Shown: positions 37,018-48,190 of the stretch, piece after piece
Layout of the letters: every line of letters starts with the position of its first letter
How positions within the stretch are numbered: position 1 is the stretch's first letter
Source: Clostridiales bacterium
Lineage (GTDB): Bacteria > Bacillota > Clostridia > Saccharofermentanales > Saccharofermentanaceae
Direction: 5' to 3'
Length of the DNA: 64,000 bases
Assembly: GCA_017513085.1 (NCBI GenBank)
Contig: JAFWDK010000029.1
Coordinates: 96,001-160,000 of the forward strand
Notes under the pieces: generated by a model
The model's database searches: none
Seen by the model: only the letters and a program-made list of their open reading frames with translations
Told to the model about the DNA's origin: nothing
Program-made: the position numbers and the translations under genes

Positions 37018-39408
37018 ATGAAGATGAAAAGTCCGTTGAGAAAACGCATCTTTAGAGAGGTGCGGAAAGATTGGAAAAAATACATTGTTCTGACGCTTTT
37101 GATGGCATTCATGATCGCCCTGGCGTCCGGCGTCAATGTTGCAAATGACAGTATGATGGCGGCGATCGACGAGTCCTATGAGAAGTACAATATCGAGAGC
37201 GGTCATTTTGAACTGAAGGATCAGGCGACACCGGAGCTGCTGGAAAAGATGAGCAAGGAGATCACGATCTACGAGCAGTTCTATAAAGATTCGGTCGAGG
37301 ATTTTGACGGGGACGGCAAGGAGGAATCCAGTGTCAGACTTTTTAAGATCCGAAAAGATGTGAATCTTGCATGCATTATGGAAGGCCGCCTGCCTGAGAA
37401 AGCGGGAGAGATCGCGATCGACAGAAATCACGCGACGAACCGGAAGATCAAAGTCGGAGATATCATCTATATCGGCGGCGAGGCGACGGAAGTCGTCGGA
37501 CTGGTGTCTAACGCCGATTACAGCACGCTTTATAAGAAGAACTCGGACTTCATGTTCAATGCGGTGGATTTCGATGTGGCGCTTCTTGAAGAAAACGCAT
37601 GGGAAGAGAAGAGCCTGGGTGTCGTTTACGAATACGCGTATAAGAGCAAGACGGAGTTGAAAAATGATTCCGAGAAAAAAGAATTCTCCGATAAACTGAT
37701 GGAGCATCTGGCCGTGCTGGCTGCTACCGGCGGATACACAGATGACAAAGATCTGGCGGAGAGCGCCAGAAATGATCAGGCACTCATGATGGAGATCCTG
37801 AAAAACAAAGACAGCATCAACGAACTGAAGGACTTTGTGCCGGAGTATGCAAACCAGGCAATCCATTTTGCGCCGAACGATATGGGTAGCGACAAATCGT
37901 TGGTCGGGGTCCTGGTGTATGTTTTCATATTCGTACTGGCATTCGTCTTCGCCATTACGACGAGCAATACCATCACCAGCGAATCCGCTGTGATCGGAAC
38001 CTTGCGCGCGACAGGATATACACGGGGCGAACTGGTACGTCATTACATGCTGCTTCCGATCCTGGTCACGCTGCTGGCCTCGGTCATCGGAAACATTCTC
38101 GGATACACGTATTTCAAAGACGTGTGCGTGGACCTGTACTACAACTCCTACAGCCTGATGACGTATGAAACAAGATGGAACGCAAGTGCTTTTCTCGTAA
38201 CAACAGTATTACCGTGCATCCTGATGTTTATCGTAAACATCGTGGTGATCTATCGGAAACTGCGCCTGTCGCCGCTGAAATTCCTGCGTCATGACCTGAG
38301 CACATCGAAGAGAAAGAAAGCCAGAAGACTTCCGTCGTGGCGTTTTATGAACCGCTTCCGTCTGAGGATCCTTCTGAACAATATGGGAGGATACCTGATC
38401 CTGTTCTGCGGAATTGCATTTGTCATGCTGTTGCTGGCATTCTCGACCGGGCTTCCGGAGACATTGAACCACTATAAAGACAATCTGGGTGGCAACCTCA
38501 TCTGTAACTATCAGTACATCCTGAAAAACTATGAGGATGAGGAAGGTAACGAAATCACGACCGATCAGGAAGGCGCGGAAAAGTACAGCGTGACTTCGCT
38601 TGAGACGATCGACGGCGCACATGTCGGTGAGGAGATCTCGGTATACGGATTCACGGAAGGAAGCCGCTACGTACATATCAGCGAGGAACTGAAAGATAAC
38701 GAAGTCTGGATCACTTCCCCGTACAAGAAGAAATTCCGCTTGAAGGAAGGGGATGTGATCACCCTTAAAGAAAAATACGAAAACACAAGTTACGAGTTCG
38801 TTGTCAAAGGTGTATATGACTACGACGGAGGACTTGCCGTATTCCTCCCGCAAAAGAACTTCAACAAGATCTTCGGCCATGAGGAAAGTGCTTTTAGCGG
38901 ATACTTCTCGCAAGAGGCGATCCACGATATCGATTCCGAGCTGATCTACAGTGTGATCACGCTTGATGACATCATGAGCATCGCGACGCAGCTCGACCAC
39001 TCCATGGGCGGCATGATGGACATGGTAGCGTATGTCTGCCTGATCATGGCGGTCCTGATCATGTACCTTCTGACGAAGATCATTATCGAAAAGAACTCGA
39101 ACTCGATCTCCATGATCAAGGTCCTCGGGTACGAAAACGGTGAGATCAACAGCCTCTATATCCTTCTGACCTCGATCGTCGTTGTCTTTAGCGCTCTGGC
39201 GACGGCGGCCCTGGCGATCGGCGGATTGTACGTCATTTTCCGGATCTACATGGGCTCGCTCAACGGATGGTTCGACGTATATGTCAGTGCTTGGGGCATT
39301 GCCAAGATGATCCTCATCCTGGTTATCTCGTATGCGATCGTTGCGTTCTTCGACATGATCCGCATCAAGAGGATCCCGCTTGCCGACGCGCTGAAAAACG
39401 TCGAGTGA
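37018..39408 (+). CDS. FtsX-like ABC exporter permease
   Basis: Two FtsX-type halves (IGTLRATGY; ISMIKVLGY). Confidence 0.9.
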   Translation: MKMKSPLRKRIFREVRKDWKKYIVLTLLMAFMIALASGVNVANDSMMAAIDESYEKYNIESGHFELKDQATPELLEKMSKEITIYEQFYKDSVEDFDGDGKEESSVRLFKIRKDVNLACIMEGRLPEKAGEIAIDRNHATNRKIKVGDIIYIGGEATEVVGLVSNADYSTLYKKNSDFMFNAVDFDVALLEENAWEEKSLGVVYEYAYKSKTELKNDSEKKEFSDKLMEHLAVLAATGGYTDDKDLAESARNDQALMMEILKNKDSINELKDFVPEYANQAIHFAPNDMGSDKSLVGVLVYVFIFVLAFVFAITTSNTITSESAVIGTLRATGYTRGELVRHYMLLPILVTLLASVIGNILGYTYFKDVCVDLYYNSYSLMTYETRWNASAFLVTTVLPCILMFIVNIVVIYRKLRLSPLKFLRHDLSTSKRKKARRLPSWRFMNRFRLRILLNNMGGYLILFCGIAFVMLLLAFSTGLPETLNHYKDNLGGNLICNYQYILKNYEDEEGNEITTDQEGAEKYSVTSLETIDGAHVGEEISVYGFTEGSRYVHISEELKDNEVWITSPYKKKFRLKEGDVITLKEKYENTSYEFVVKGVYDYDGGLAVFLPQKNFNKIFGHEESAFSGYFSQEAIHDIDSELIYSVITLDDIMSIATQLDHSMGGMMDMVAYVCLIMAVLIMYLLTKIIIEKNSNSISMIKVLGYENGEINSLYILLTSIVVVFSALATAALAIGGLYVIFRIYMGSLNGWFDVYVSAWGIAKMILILVISYAIVAFFDMIRIKRIPLADALKNVE

Positions 39409-39615
39409 CGGGATGCCGGCCGAAATATAACAGGTTACGCCGAAAGGCTTACGATATAATACCCTCCGATCAAGGAGTTGTCTTCCGAACAGAGACAACT
39501 CCTTTTACTTTCCGTAGCCACCGTATCGAAAAATACATTTCACGAGAGCATGTACACTCATGAAAAAGAGAATTAATGATACAATAAAAAGAGCTAAGTT
39601 AGTTTGAGGTGCCAG

Positions 39616-41826
39616 ATGATCCTTCTTGAGAAAAAATGGCGTTTGCCGGAAGAACCGGCGAATGCGGATGAGCGTGCAGTTTGGGGAGCGGATGCGTCTT
39701 CGAATGCAGAAATGGCCGGAAGCGGAAGCGCTGGTGTGCCGGACCTGATCGGGCGGCTTCTTGCTACACGCAACATGACATCGAAGGAGCAGGTTTCGGC
39801 CTTCCTGTCGAGAGAGCCGAAAGAGTGGCACGACCCTTTTCTCATGAACGACATGGCGCCGGCAGTGGAGCGGATCCTTGCGGCGCTGCAAAATAGCGAG
39901 AAGATACTGATCTGCGGCGATTATGACGCGGACGGCGTGACATCGACAACGATCCTGATGTCCTTTTTCCAACATACACTGCATGCGCAGGTAGCGTATA
40001 TCATCCCGGACCGTATGAGCGAAGGGTACGGCATGAGCGGAGCCCTTCTGGAGCGGATCCGGAAAGAAGCGCCGAAACTGGTGATCACGGTGGACTGCGG
40101 AATCGCCAACTATACTGAGATCGAAGAACTGATGGAAAGCGGGATCGATGTGATCGTGACAGACCATCATGAGGTAAAAGAACTTCTCCCGCCGGCTTTG
40201 GCGGTCATTGACTGTAAGCGGACGGATAACAGTTATCCTTTCGTGCATCTTTGCGGCGCCGGTGTGGCGCTGAAACTTGTGGCCGCGCTGTGCAGTAAGC
40301 TCGAAGAAAAGGGCGGTGCGCCGGTCACGAAAGACTCGTGGCACGAATACATCGATATCGCAGCACTGGGTACGATCGCGGACGTGGTCAGCCTGACGGG
40401 CGAGAACCGGGATATCGTGAAAGCCGGAATGAGAAAACTGAACCAGACGAAACGACCGGGACTACTGGCCCTGCTCGCCCTGATACGGGAAATCACAGGA
40501 AAAACCACGCAAGTGCTTTCGGCGACGGATATTGCCTTTCAGGTCGTGCCGAAGATCAATGCGTGCGGACGGATGGGCGATGCGGGACGCGCCGTGGAAT
40601 TGCTGCTGACGGAAGATCCGGCCCGGGCAAGAGAACTGGCCGGTGTCATGATAGAAGAAAACACGCGGCGTCAGGAAATGGAGCAGAAGATCGTAGAAGA
40701 GGCGGTCAGGAGAATCGAGTCTTCCCCGGAGATGCTGCGGTCGATGAAGAATCCTTCCATGCCGATCGTTATCGCGGGGGAGAACTGGCATCCGGGCATC
40801 CTCGGGATCGTGGCCAGCCGGCTGGTGGAAAGATACCAGCATTCTGCCCTGGTATTCAGTAACGATACGGGAATGAAAGGCATGCTGAAAGGCAGCTGCC
40901 GGACCGCGGGGGATTTCCCGATCCTGGAATGCCTCAAATACTGCGGGGACAGTGTACGGCAGTTCGGCGGACACCAGCGGGCCGCGGGCGTTAGCGTCGA
41001 AGAAAGCAAATTCGAAGAATTTAAGACAAAGGCAAGTGCTTTTGCCGAAGAAAGAAATAATGAAGAGGACGTCAGATACCTGCTCGTTGACGGCGAGCTG
41101 GAAAGTGACGAGATCACGCTGGAGAATGCGGAAGAATTACGCGCGCTGGAGCCTTTCGGGGAAGGAAACCGGGAGCCGGTGTTCCTGGTGCGCAAGGTGA
41201 AGATCGTCAACAGTTCACTGGTCGGAAACGGGAAACACCTGAAACTACAGCTTCAGCTGGACGATGAGAAGAAGAGCGTGCTGGATGCCATTGCTTTCGG
41301 CCTGGGAGAGGTCTCGGAGATGTTTGTGCCGGGAACAACGGTGGACGCGCTGGTGAAACTGCTCGTGAACAGCTGGAATGGCACGGACAGCCTGAGATTA
41401 CAGGTCGTGGACCTGCATCATGTGGAATTGGGCAAGACGCTCTGGGATAAGCCGCAGGTGCTCGAGAATCTGTACCGCAACAAACTACCGGTCAAGCAGC
41501 TCCAGATACTGGCCAAGTGCGGCAAGACGGAGGATCTGCTTCCGAACGGCGAGGATATGGGTGTTTTGTACCAGTATCTCCGCGCCACGTTCCGTGAGAA
41601 TGTGAATATGGTCGATATGAAACTCCTTGCCAGACTTATGGCCGGGCATTTTAAGAAACCGTTCCACGCGTTCAAGATCGCCCGTGCGATGGACATGTTT
41701 GCGGAGGCGGGACTGCTTGATCTTTTACGGATCAGTGATGAACGAGTCTGTTTTTCCTTGCTATCTGTGAAAAGCAAAGTTAAACTAGAGGATACAGATA
41801 CTTATCGCGCTTTATATGGGAGATGA
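39616..41826 (+). CDS. recJ: ssDNA exonuclease RecJ
   Basis: GDYDADG, TVDCG, TDHH, GTIAD, GGHQRAAG. Confidence 0.95.
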   Translation: MILLEKKWRLPEEPANADERAVWGADASSNAEMAGSGSAGVPDLIGRLLATRNMTSKEQVSAFLSREPKEWHDPFLMNDMAPAVERILAALQNSEKILICGDYDADGVTSTTILMSFFQHTLHAQVAYIIPDRMSEGYGMSGALLERIRKEAPKLVITVDCGIANYTEIEELMESGIDVIVTDHHEVKELLPPALAVIDCKRTDNSYPFVHLCGAGVALKLVAALCSKLEEKGGAPVTKDSWHEYIDIAALGTIADVVSLTGENRDIVKAGMRKLNQTKRPGLLALLALIREITGKTTQVLSATDIAFQVVPKINACGRMGDAGRAVELLLTEDPARARELAGVMIEENTRRQEMEQKIVEEAVRRIESSPEMLRSMKNPSMPIVIAGENWHPGILGIVASRLVERYQHSALVFSNDTGMKGMLKGSCRTAGDFPILECLKYCGDSVRQFGGHQRAAGVSVEESKFEEFKTKASAFAEERNNEEDVRYLLVDGELESDEITLENAEELRALEPFGEGNREPVFLVRKVKIVNSSLVGNGKHLKLQLQLDDEKKSVLDAIAFGLGEVSEMFVPGTTVDALVKLLVNSWNGTDSLRLQVVDLHHVELGKTLWDKPQVLENLYRNKLPVKQLQILAKCGKTEDLLPNGEDMGVLYQYLRATFRENVNMVDMKLLARLMAGHFKKPFHAFKIARAMDMFAEAGLLDLLRISDERVCFSLLSVKSKVKLEDTDTYRALYGR

Positions 41827-44270
41827 CGGAAGCAACAATGAGTGGAGACAAGAAGAAAACCGAAGAACAGATACCGGACGAGCAGGCATTCTTTGAAGAC
41901 CTGCGCGACAGTGCTTTTCCGGACAATATCAGCGAAGATATCCTGGACATGCTCGATGAGGTGATTTCCAGATACAGGTCTTACTCGGAAAAAGACGAGT
42001 CGGAGCGGATCCGGCGGGCTTTCGTTTTTGCTTACAAAGCACACAGTTCCCAGAAGAGAAAGTCGGGTGAGCCGTACATTATCCACCCGATCGCGACGGC
42101 GCAGATCCTGACGGAACTTGAAGTGGATACCGACACACTGGTGGCCGCGCTTCTGCACGATACAGTCGAAGATACGCCGGTTACGGTGGATCTGATCCGT
42201 GAAGTTTTCGGTGACAATGTCGCGCTTCTGGTCGACGGAGTAACCAAACTCGGTCGTATCCCGTATTCATCTAAAGAAGAGCAGCAGGCGGAAAATATGC
42301 GTAAGATGTTCCTGGCGATGGCCAAGGATATCCGCGTGATCCTGATCAAGCTGGCGGACCGTCTGCATAACATGCGTACCATGAAGCATCAGGACCCGGC
42401 CAAGCAGCGGGATATCTCTTTGGAGACCCGAGATATTTATGCGCCGCTTGCGCATCGCCTGGGTATTTATAAGATCAAGTGGGAACTGGAGGATCTGTGT
42501 CTTCGTTACACTGATCCGGATGCGTACTACGAGCTTGTCGGCGCGATTTCCCAGAAGCGTTCCGAACGTGAGAAATTCCTCGAGAGTGTCGTCAGCGAGA
42601 TGTCCGACAGGATCTCCCAGATGGGCATTCACGCGGAGATCGAAGGCCGCCCGAAGCATTTCTACAGCATTTACAACAAGATGAAGAACCAGGACAAACA
42701 CCTGGATCAGATCTACGATATTTTCGCGTGCCGCATCATCGTGGACACCGTGTCCGACTGCTACGCCGTGCTCGGTCTTGTGCATGAGATGTACTACCCG
42801 ATGCCGGGACGTTTTAAGGACTATATCGCGATGCCGAAGCCGAATATGTACCAGTCGCTTCACACGACGGTAATCGGTAAAGAAGGTATCCCTTTTGAAG
42901 TGCAGATCCGTACTCTGGCCATGCACCGGACCGCGGAATACGGTATCGCGGCGCACTGGAAGTATAAAGAGAAGGGCAACTCCAATGCCGGCGGCAAGAA
43001 CACGTCTTTCGACACGAAACTTTCATGGCTGCGCCAGATCCTGGACTGGCAGGGCGATTCCAAAGATGCGAACGAGTATCTGGACGCTCTGAAGACCGGG
43101 CTTGTCGAAGATGAAGTTTTTGTATTCACCCCGAAGGGCGACGTTATCTCGTTGCCTTTGCATTCCTGCCCGATCGACCTGGCGTACACGATCCACAGTG
43201 GAATCGGTAACCGCATGTACGGCGCCAAGGTCAACGGCCGACTGGTACCGCTGGCAACAGAACTTCAGAACGGCGATATCGTCGAGATCCTGACTTCCGA
43301 TCAGGTAAAAGGACCTTCGCGTGATTGGGCGAAGATCGTCAAGACCAGCGCGGCGAAGTCGAAGATCAATGCTTTCTTCAAGAAAGAGACCCGTGAGTCC
43401 AATATCGTGATCGGTAAAGAAGCCGTGGAACGCGAGATCAAGAAGATCGGCTTTACCACTCAGCAGCTTCTTAAGAAAGATTATGTGGACATCGTACTCA
43501 AGAAATACGCACAGAATACGATCGACGATCTCTATGCGGCAATCGGCTATGGCCTTCACACCGCGCACAAAGTCGTCGGACGCCTCCGTGACGAATATAT
43601 CCGCTCCCTTCCGGAAGACGAGCGATTCGAACTGGGATACCGCGTGACCTCGGCCGGTCAGGTAGTTTACCAGCCCATCGCGAAAGAGCTTTTTGACGAG
43701 AAGAATATCACGTCCACGCCAAATGCGCTGATCGCGAGTTCGCAGGAGCAGAGCCATGTGGGCGCTTCAGGCAAGGAGAAATACGGGGCGTCGTCTTCCG
43801 TTGTGGTCACCGGCATCGAGAATTGCCTGACGCATCTGTCGCGTTGCTGCAATCCGCTTCCGGGCGACGAGATCATCGGCTATATCACGCGTGGCAACGG
43901 TGTTGGCGTGCACCGCAAAGACTGCAGTAACATAAGAAACATCATGGCGAATGCTACCTCTTCGGTTCGCGCCGCAGAGCGTGCTTCGCGTCTGATCGAA
44001 GTATACTGGAAAGACCAGGCTCATCCAAAAGCACTGTATCTTGCCGAGTTTACGGTCATTGCGCTGGATCGGAGACATCTTCTTGCGGATATCTCCAATG
44101 CGATCGCGGAAGAACATGTTCCGATCACTTCCGCTTCTATGTCGGCCATGAAGGATGTCACGGCCCGCTTCACCATGACCGTGGAAGTGAAGGATCAGGC
44201 TCAGCTCGATCGTGTCCTCGGAAGGATCAAGGCCATCCGCGATGTGCTTGAAGTTCGAAAAGGTAATTGA
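41823..44270 (+). CDS. relA: Bifunctional (p)ppGpp synthetase/hydrolase
   Basis: LHDTVED hydrolase, synthetase (GRFKDYIA, EVQIRT), TGS and ACT domains. Confidence 0.95.
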   Translation: MTEATMSGDKKKTEEQIPDEQAFFEDLRDSAFPDNISEDILDMLDEVISRYRSYSEKDESERIRRAFVFAYKAHSSQKRKSGEPYIIHPIATAQILTELEVDTDTLVAALLHDTVEDTPVTVDLIREVFGDNVALLVDGVTKLGRIPYSSKEEQQAENMRKMFLAMAKDIRVILIKLADRLHNMRTMKHQDPAKQRDISLETRDIYAPLAHRLGIYKIKWELEDLCLRYTDPDAYYELVGAISQKRSEREKFLESVVSEMSDRISQMGIHAEIEGRPKHFYSIYNKMKNQDKHLDQIYDIFACRIIVDTVSDCYAVLGLVHEMYYPMPGRFKDYIAMPKPNMYQSLHTTVIGKEGIPFEVQIRTLAMHRTAEYGIAAHWKYKEKGNSNAGGKNTSFDTKLSWLRQILDWQGDSKDANEYLDALKTGLVEDEVFVFTPKGDVISLPLHSCPIDLAYTIHSGIGNRMYGAKVNGRLVPLATELQNGDIVEILTSDQVKGPSRDWAKIVKTSAAKSKINAFFKKETRESNIVIGKEAVEREIKKIGFTTQQLLKKDYVDIVLKKYAQNTIDDLYAAIGYGLHTAHKVVGRLRDEYIRSLPEDERFELGYRVTSAGQVVYQPIAKELFDEKNITSTPNALIASSQEQSHVGASGKEKYGASSSVVVTGIENCLTHLSRCCNPLPGDEIIGYITRGNGVGVHRKDCSNIRNIMANATSSVRAAERASRLIEVYWKDQAHPKALYLAEFTVIALDRRHLLADISNAIAEEHVPITSASMSAMKDVTARFTMTVEVKDQAQLDRVLGRIKAIRDVLEVRKGN

Positions 44271-44363
44271 CCGTAGTGATCTACGAAACTAAGGGAAACA
44301 GGGGGAAGCGAGTAAGAGGGAAGACAGTAAAGGGGATCTGAAAAGAAAAGGAGACAAGACCTT

Positions 44364-45734
44364 ATGAAAGAGAAGATTCCCCAAAACAATGTGCCACAGC
44401 CGGTTCTGACACCGGAGAGCATGGCGCAGCATTCTGCATCTTCATCTGGACAAGAACGGATGAAGCCGGATCCGAAGGCAAAGAAGAAGGCTGGTTCCAA
44501 AGAAACCGGAATCGGTATGAACATCCTGTTTGCAAGCATACTGGTCCTCCTGGCCGGCGGCGTTGTGTTTGCGTTGCTTGCCGCAAACGGTACCTTTTCC
44601 AAAGGAACGAGAAGAGCGTCTGAAGAAGAGACGACGGCGGTGGAACTAACAACCAAAGAGTCGGAGAAAAAATCAGAAGGAGAGACAACAAAAGAATCGG
44701 CGGGAGAGTCCAAAGTCGTTACGTCTCCAACTGACTCCGCGTCCGACAGTCAAACCGGTGCTTTTGCGCAGTCGTTTCAAGACGTTAAATCAGTGTCGGC
44801 AGTGTCGCAGATGACTTCGGAAGAACAAGAAAAGATTTGCGTAGCTTTGCAAGAATACATCCAAAATGCTGTCATGATTGACGGTGCGAACAGTAATGAT
44901 CCATCAAAGGTGGTATTTGACGAAATTAATTGCCTCGGTATGACACTTCAAGAAGATGAAATCGAATTAGACTTAAACAAAACCGAGAAAAGAACAAGTA
45001 TTACATTTGTCTATCAGGTGCAGGTCACGGATAATGTGGGAGCCTCCTCGGTCAAGCGGCAATACTTCTCTTCCGTCACTTTAATCCGCTTTCAGAATAA
45101 AGATATCAGCACTTCGGATCTTAACAGTGATTACGGGAGGGATCTGTCTTTTGATGGATGGAGCACAGATGGTTTCTTGAATCTGGATGATCTGATCGAC
45201 GACATCGAGTTCGACGGAGAAATAAAGGAATCTACAATTGACCTGAATCGACTTCTTCCTTTCGATGGCAAAGACCCTTCTGAATTCGAAATCTACAAAC
45301 CGGTTACCTCTTTTGACCAGATCTCAGAGAACATGCGTAACAAAATGAGACGGAATTCGGAAACGGTTATTAGATCTCTCCGTTCCTTCAGAGAAGAGCC
45401 GGCAGGAAAGATCCTGGAGAACTACGAATTCCTCGGATTCGCCTTTACAGTCTCCGAAGACGGCAAAGAAAACATTACCTATACTGTTTATAAATTCACT
45501 TTCAGTGACCTTGATAAGACGCCACCTGAGGCATATGACTTCTACTGGTATGTCGGTTTTCATGATTCTATCGAAGGCGGACAGACAGATCGATCCTGCT
45601 CATACGTCGGCGCGGACCCATGGGATCTGGAAAACTGGGCCGGTGACCCGATCTCGACAAACCTCGACGATGTTAGAAAAGCAATCGCTGACTGGGAACC
45701 CACGTGGAAGTACGAGGATAATCTATCTGAATGA
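44364..45734 (+). CDS. Membrane-anchored hypothetical protein
   Basis: RBS AAGGAG, single TM helix, S/T/E linker, external domain. Confidence 0.7.
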   Translation: MKEKIPQNNVPQPVLTPESMAQHSASSSGQERMKPDPKAKKKAGSKETGIGMNILFASILVLLAGGVVFALLAANGTFSKGTRRASEEETTAVELTTKESEKKSEGETTKESAGESKVVTSPTDSASDSQTGAFAQSFQDVKSVSAVSQMTSEEQEKICVALQEYIQNAVMIDGANSNDPSKVVFDEINCLGMTLQEDEIELDLNKTEKRTSITFVYQVQVTDNVGASSVKRQYFSSVTLIRFQNKDISTSDLNSDYGRDLSFDGWSTDGFLNLDDLIDDIEFDGEIKESTIDLNRLLPFDGKDPSEFEIYKPVTSFDQISENMRNKMRRNSETVIRSLRSFREEPAGKILENYEFLGFAFTVSEDGKENITYTVYKFTFSDLDKTPPEAYDFYWYVGFHDSIEGGQTDRSCSYVGADPWDLENWAGDPISTNLDDVRKAIADWEPTWKYEDNLSE

Positions 45735-45740
45735 CGTGGT

Positions 45741-45819
45741 CGCAGAACTGTTTCTTCGTAGCTGGTACTCGGCGTGCTACGCACGCCTGCGTAATCGCTC
45801 CTCAGAAACAGTTCTGCTT
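45741..45819. repeat. 79-bp palindromic dispersed repeat (REP-like)
   Basis: Terminal IR GCAGAACTGTTTCT/AGAAACAGTTCTGC; reverse complement of 58403-58481 with 2 mismatches. Confidence 0.85.
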
Positions 45820-45980
45820 CGGATGAAGCGGCCGGGCGCGGATCCGCAGACGCAACGCGCCAAGGACCGGCGAGGAGGAAACACAGTTCTGCCCTCTTTG
45901 TGGCAAAAAAGATCGCCTCAAGTGTTGAGACGATCTTTTTTCCTTCATGACATATGTGATGCAAAAGTGGGTTTACGTAA

Positions 45981-48164
45981 TCAGATCTCCATGACATTGA
46001 TCAGGATCAACGGTCTTCGCTTGGTGCTCTCGAACAGCATGCTTTTCAGGGCGTCGCGGATGTGGTTGGATTCTACGGCTTCGCGGATCGTCTTGGTGGA
46101 TTTGTTCGTTTCCAGGCGATGCAGGTAGTTGTAGAGTTTCTGCGACAGATCATGCTGGATCGCGCCGGCTTCGCTCTCAAAGAGGAATCCGACAGACTGC
46201 ATGGCCGGAGGGCAGAGGAGCTTGCCGGAGACTTTGGAGATAACGATCGATACGGATACAACGCCGTCGTCGGCGAGGATCCGGCGGTCACGGAAGACGC
46301 GGTTGTCGATGTCGCCGGCGCCGGAGCCATCGATCAGGACCGGAGCGGCCGGAACGAAATCGGCGATTTTGGCGGAGTCGGGAGTGACCTCCAGGACATC
46401 GCCGTTGTTCAGGATGAATGTGCGGGATTCCGGCGTGCCGAGGCGGCGTGCGAGGGCAGCGTGACGGAATAGCATGCGGTATTCACCATGACAAGGAACG
46501 AAGAATTTCGGCTTGACCAGGGTGTGGATGAGCGTGAGTTCATCGAGGTAAGCGTGGCCGGAAACGTGAACATCGGCGAGAGATTCGTAGATGACATGCG
46601 CGCCACGACGGAAAAGCTCATTGATGACACGATAGATCGGTTTCTCGTTACCCGGGATCGGGTGAGCGGAGAGGATGACGGTATCGCCCTCGTGAATATC
46701 TACGACACGGTGCGAGGCAAAAGCCATACGGGACAGAGCACTCATCGGCTCGGCCTGAGAGCCTGTGGTCAGGATGACGACCTCTTCCGGTTCGTATTTA
46801 TTGATGTCGTTGATATCGATCAACGTGCTTGGATTCATATTGATATAGCCAAGAGAATTGGCAACCGAGAAGGTGTTCAGCATCGAACGGCCGATCAGAG
46901 CCACCTTGCGGTTATACATCTCCGCCGCGGTGAAGATCTGCTGCATACGGTGAACATGGCTGCTGAACGTGGCGATGATGATACGCCCGGTGGTGTTCCG
47001 GAAGATCCGCTGGAAAGACTCGCCCACGTGTTTCTCGGACGGGGAGGAGCCGGGGATCTCGACATTGGTGCTCTCGGCAAGAAGGAGAAGTACACCCTGA
47101 CGGCCGTATTCGGCGAAACGGCCGAGGTCGATCGGCTCGCCGTTGATCGGAGTAAAGTCGATCTTAAAGTCACCCGTATGGATGATGTTGCCGACGGGGG
47201 TACGGATGCCGAAAGCAAAAGCGTCTGCGATACTGTGGTTGACGCGGATGAATTCAACTTTGAAACTGTTACCCGCCTTGATGACATCACCGGCTGCCGC
47301 ATAGACCAGCTCGATTCCGCGCGTGCCGACACCGGCATCCATCAGCTTGTGACGCGTCAGCTCGATCGTGAGCTTGCCACCGTAGATCGGGCACTTGATC
47401 TCCCGCATCAGGTAGGGGAGCGCGCCGATATGGTCTTCATGGCCGTGCGTCAGGAAGATACCGCGCACACGGTCTTTATTCTGGATCACATAGGTGTAGT
47501 CCTGGATCACCGCGTCTACACCAAGCATACTCTCTTCCGGGAACGCTACGCCGACATCGACAATGATGATGTCGTTATCGTACTCGAAAAGAGTCATATT
47601 CTTACCGATCTCCTGCATGCCGCCCAAAGGAATGACCTTGAGCTTGTGCGGCTCACGCTTGTTAGCAAAAGCCTTCTCCGCATCCTGCACCGCCTTAAAG
47701 AAAGTGGTGTTGATCTCGGAGAGGACTTCCTCCGAGGCCGAGCCAAAAGCACTTGCGCTCAGCAGTTTCTTGGTGGATTTCGAGGCGCTTGAGACCTTGG
47801 ACTTCAGTTCTGTTTTGGCAGAAGAAGACTTCGAAACTTTGGAAGTCTTGGCAACAGAAGACTTCGACTCCTTCTTATCCTGCTTGACAGCCTTCTTCGG
47901 TGCTTTTGGAGCAGAAGAGGGGACCGCATGCTTGGCTTTCTCGTTCTTTTCGATTTTGCGGGCGCGGTTGATGTGAAGGGAGATCTCGTCCTGGATTTCT
48001 CTGTCGGTCCACTGGTTGGATGCGGAACGCTTGCTCTTGCCGGACTTGCCTGACGGGGCGCCGGCCTTTTTCTTCTTCGCTGCAGACGGTAGACGCACTG
48101 CATTGTTATAAGTTGGCGTTACGGAATTACTGTCCGCTGCGCCACGGTTCTTCGCAGATGCCAT
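45981..48164 (-). CDS. rnj: Ribonuclease J with a long basic N-terminal extension
   Basis: IPLGGMQEIGKN, THGHEDHIG, HTGDFK, HVSGH. Confidence 0.93.
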   Translation of the reverse strand: MASAKNRGAADSNSVTPTYNNAVRLPSAAKKKKAGAPSGKSGKSKRSASNQWTDREIQDEISLHINRARKIEKNEKAKHAVPSSAPKAPKKAVKQDKKESKSSVAKTSKVSKSSSAKTELKSKVSSASKSTKKLLSASAFGSASEEVLSEINTTFFKAVQDAEKAFANKREPHKLKVIPLGGMQEIGKNMTLFEYDNDIIIVDVGVAFPEESMLGVDAVIQDYTYVIQNKDRVRGIFLTHGHEDHIGALPYLMREIKCPIYGGKLTIELTRHKLMDAGVGTRGIELVYAAAGDVIKAGNSFKVEFIRVNHSIADAFAFGIRTPVGNIIHTGDFKIDFTPINGEPIDLGRFAEYGRQGVLLLLAESTNVEIPGSSPSEKHVGESFQRIFRNTTGRIIIATFSSHVHRMQQIFTAAEMYNRKVALIGRSMLNTFSVANSLGYINMNPSTLIDINDINKYEPEEVVILTTGSQAEPMSALSRMAFASHRVVDIHEGDTVILSAHPIPGNEKPIYRVINELFRRGAHVIYESLADVHVSGHAYLDELTLIHTLVKPKFFVPCHGEYRMLFRHAALARRLGTPESRTFILNNGDVLEVTPDSAKIADFVPAAPVLIDGSGAGDIDNRVFRDRRILADDGVVSVSIVISKVSGKLLCPPAMQSVGFLFESEAGAIQHDLSQKLYNYLHRLETNKSTKTIREAVESNHIRDALKSMLFESTKRRPLILINVMEI

Positions 48165-48190
48165 ATATAGCTTCCTCTAAGCTTTCTTAG

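Noticed and set aside
36433-39498. Long antisense ORFs (536 and 429 aa), and similar ones at 27353, 32700, 46488, 54170 and 55979
   Set aside because: Shadow frames opposite well-supported genes, with no recognisable motifs
21414-44270. Absence of prfA after prmC and of apt between recJ and relA
   Set aside because: Ordinary synteny variation; the genes may lie elsewhere in the genome
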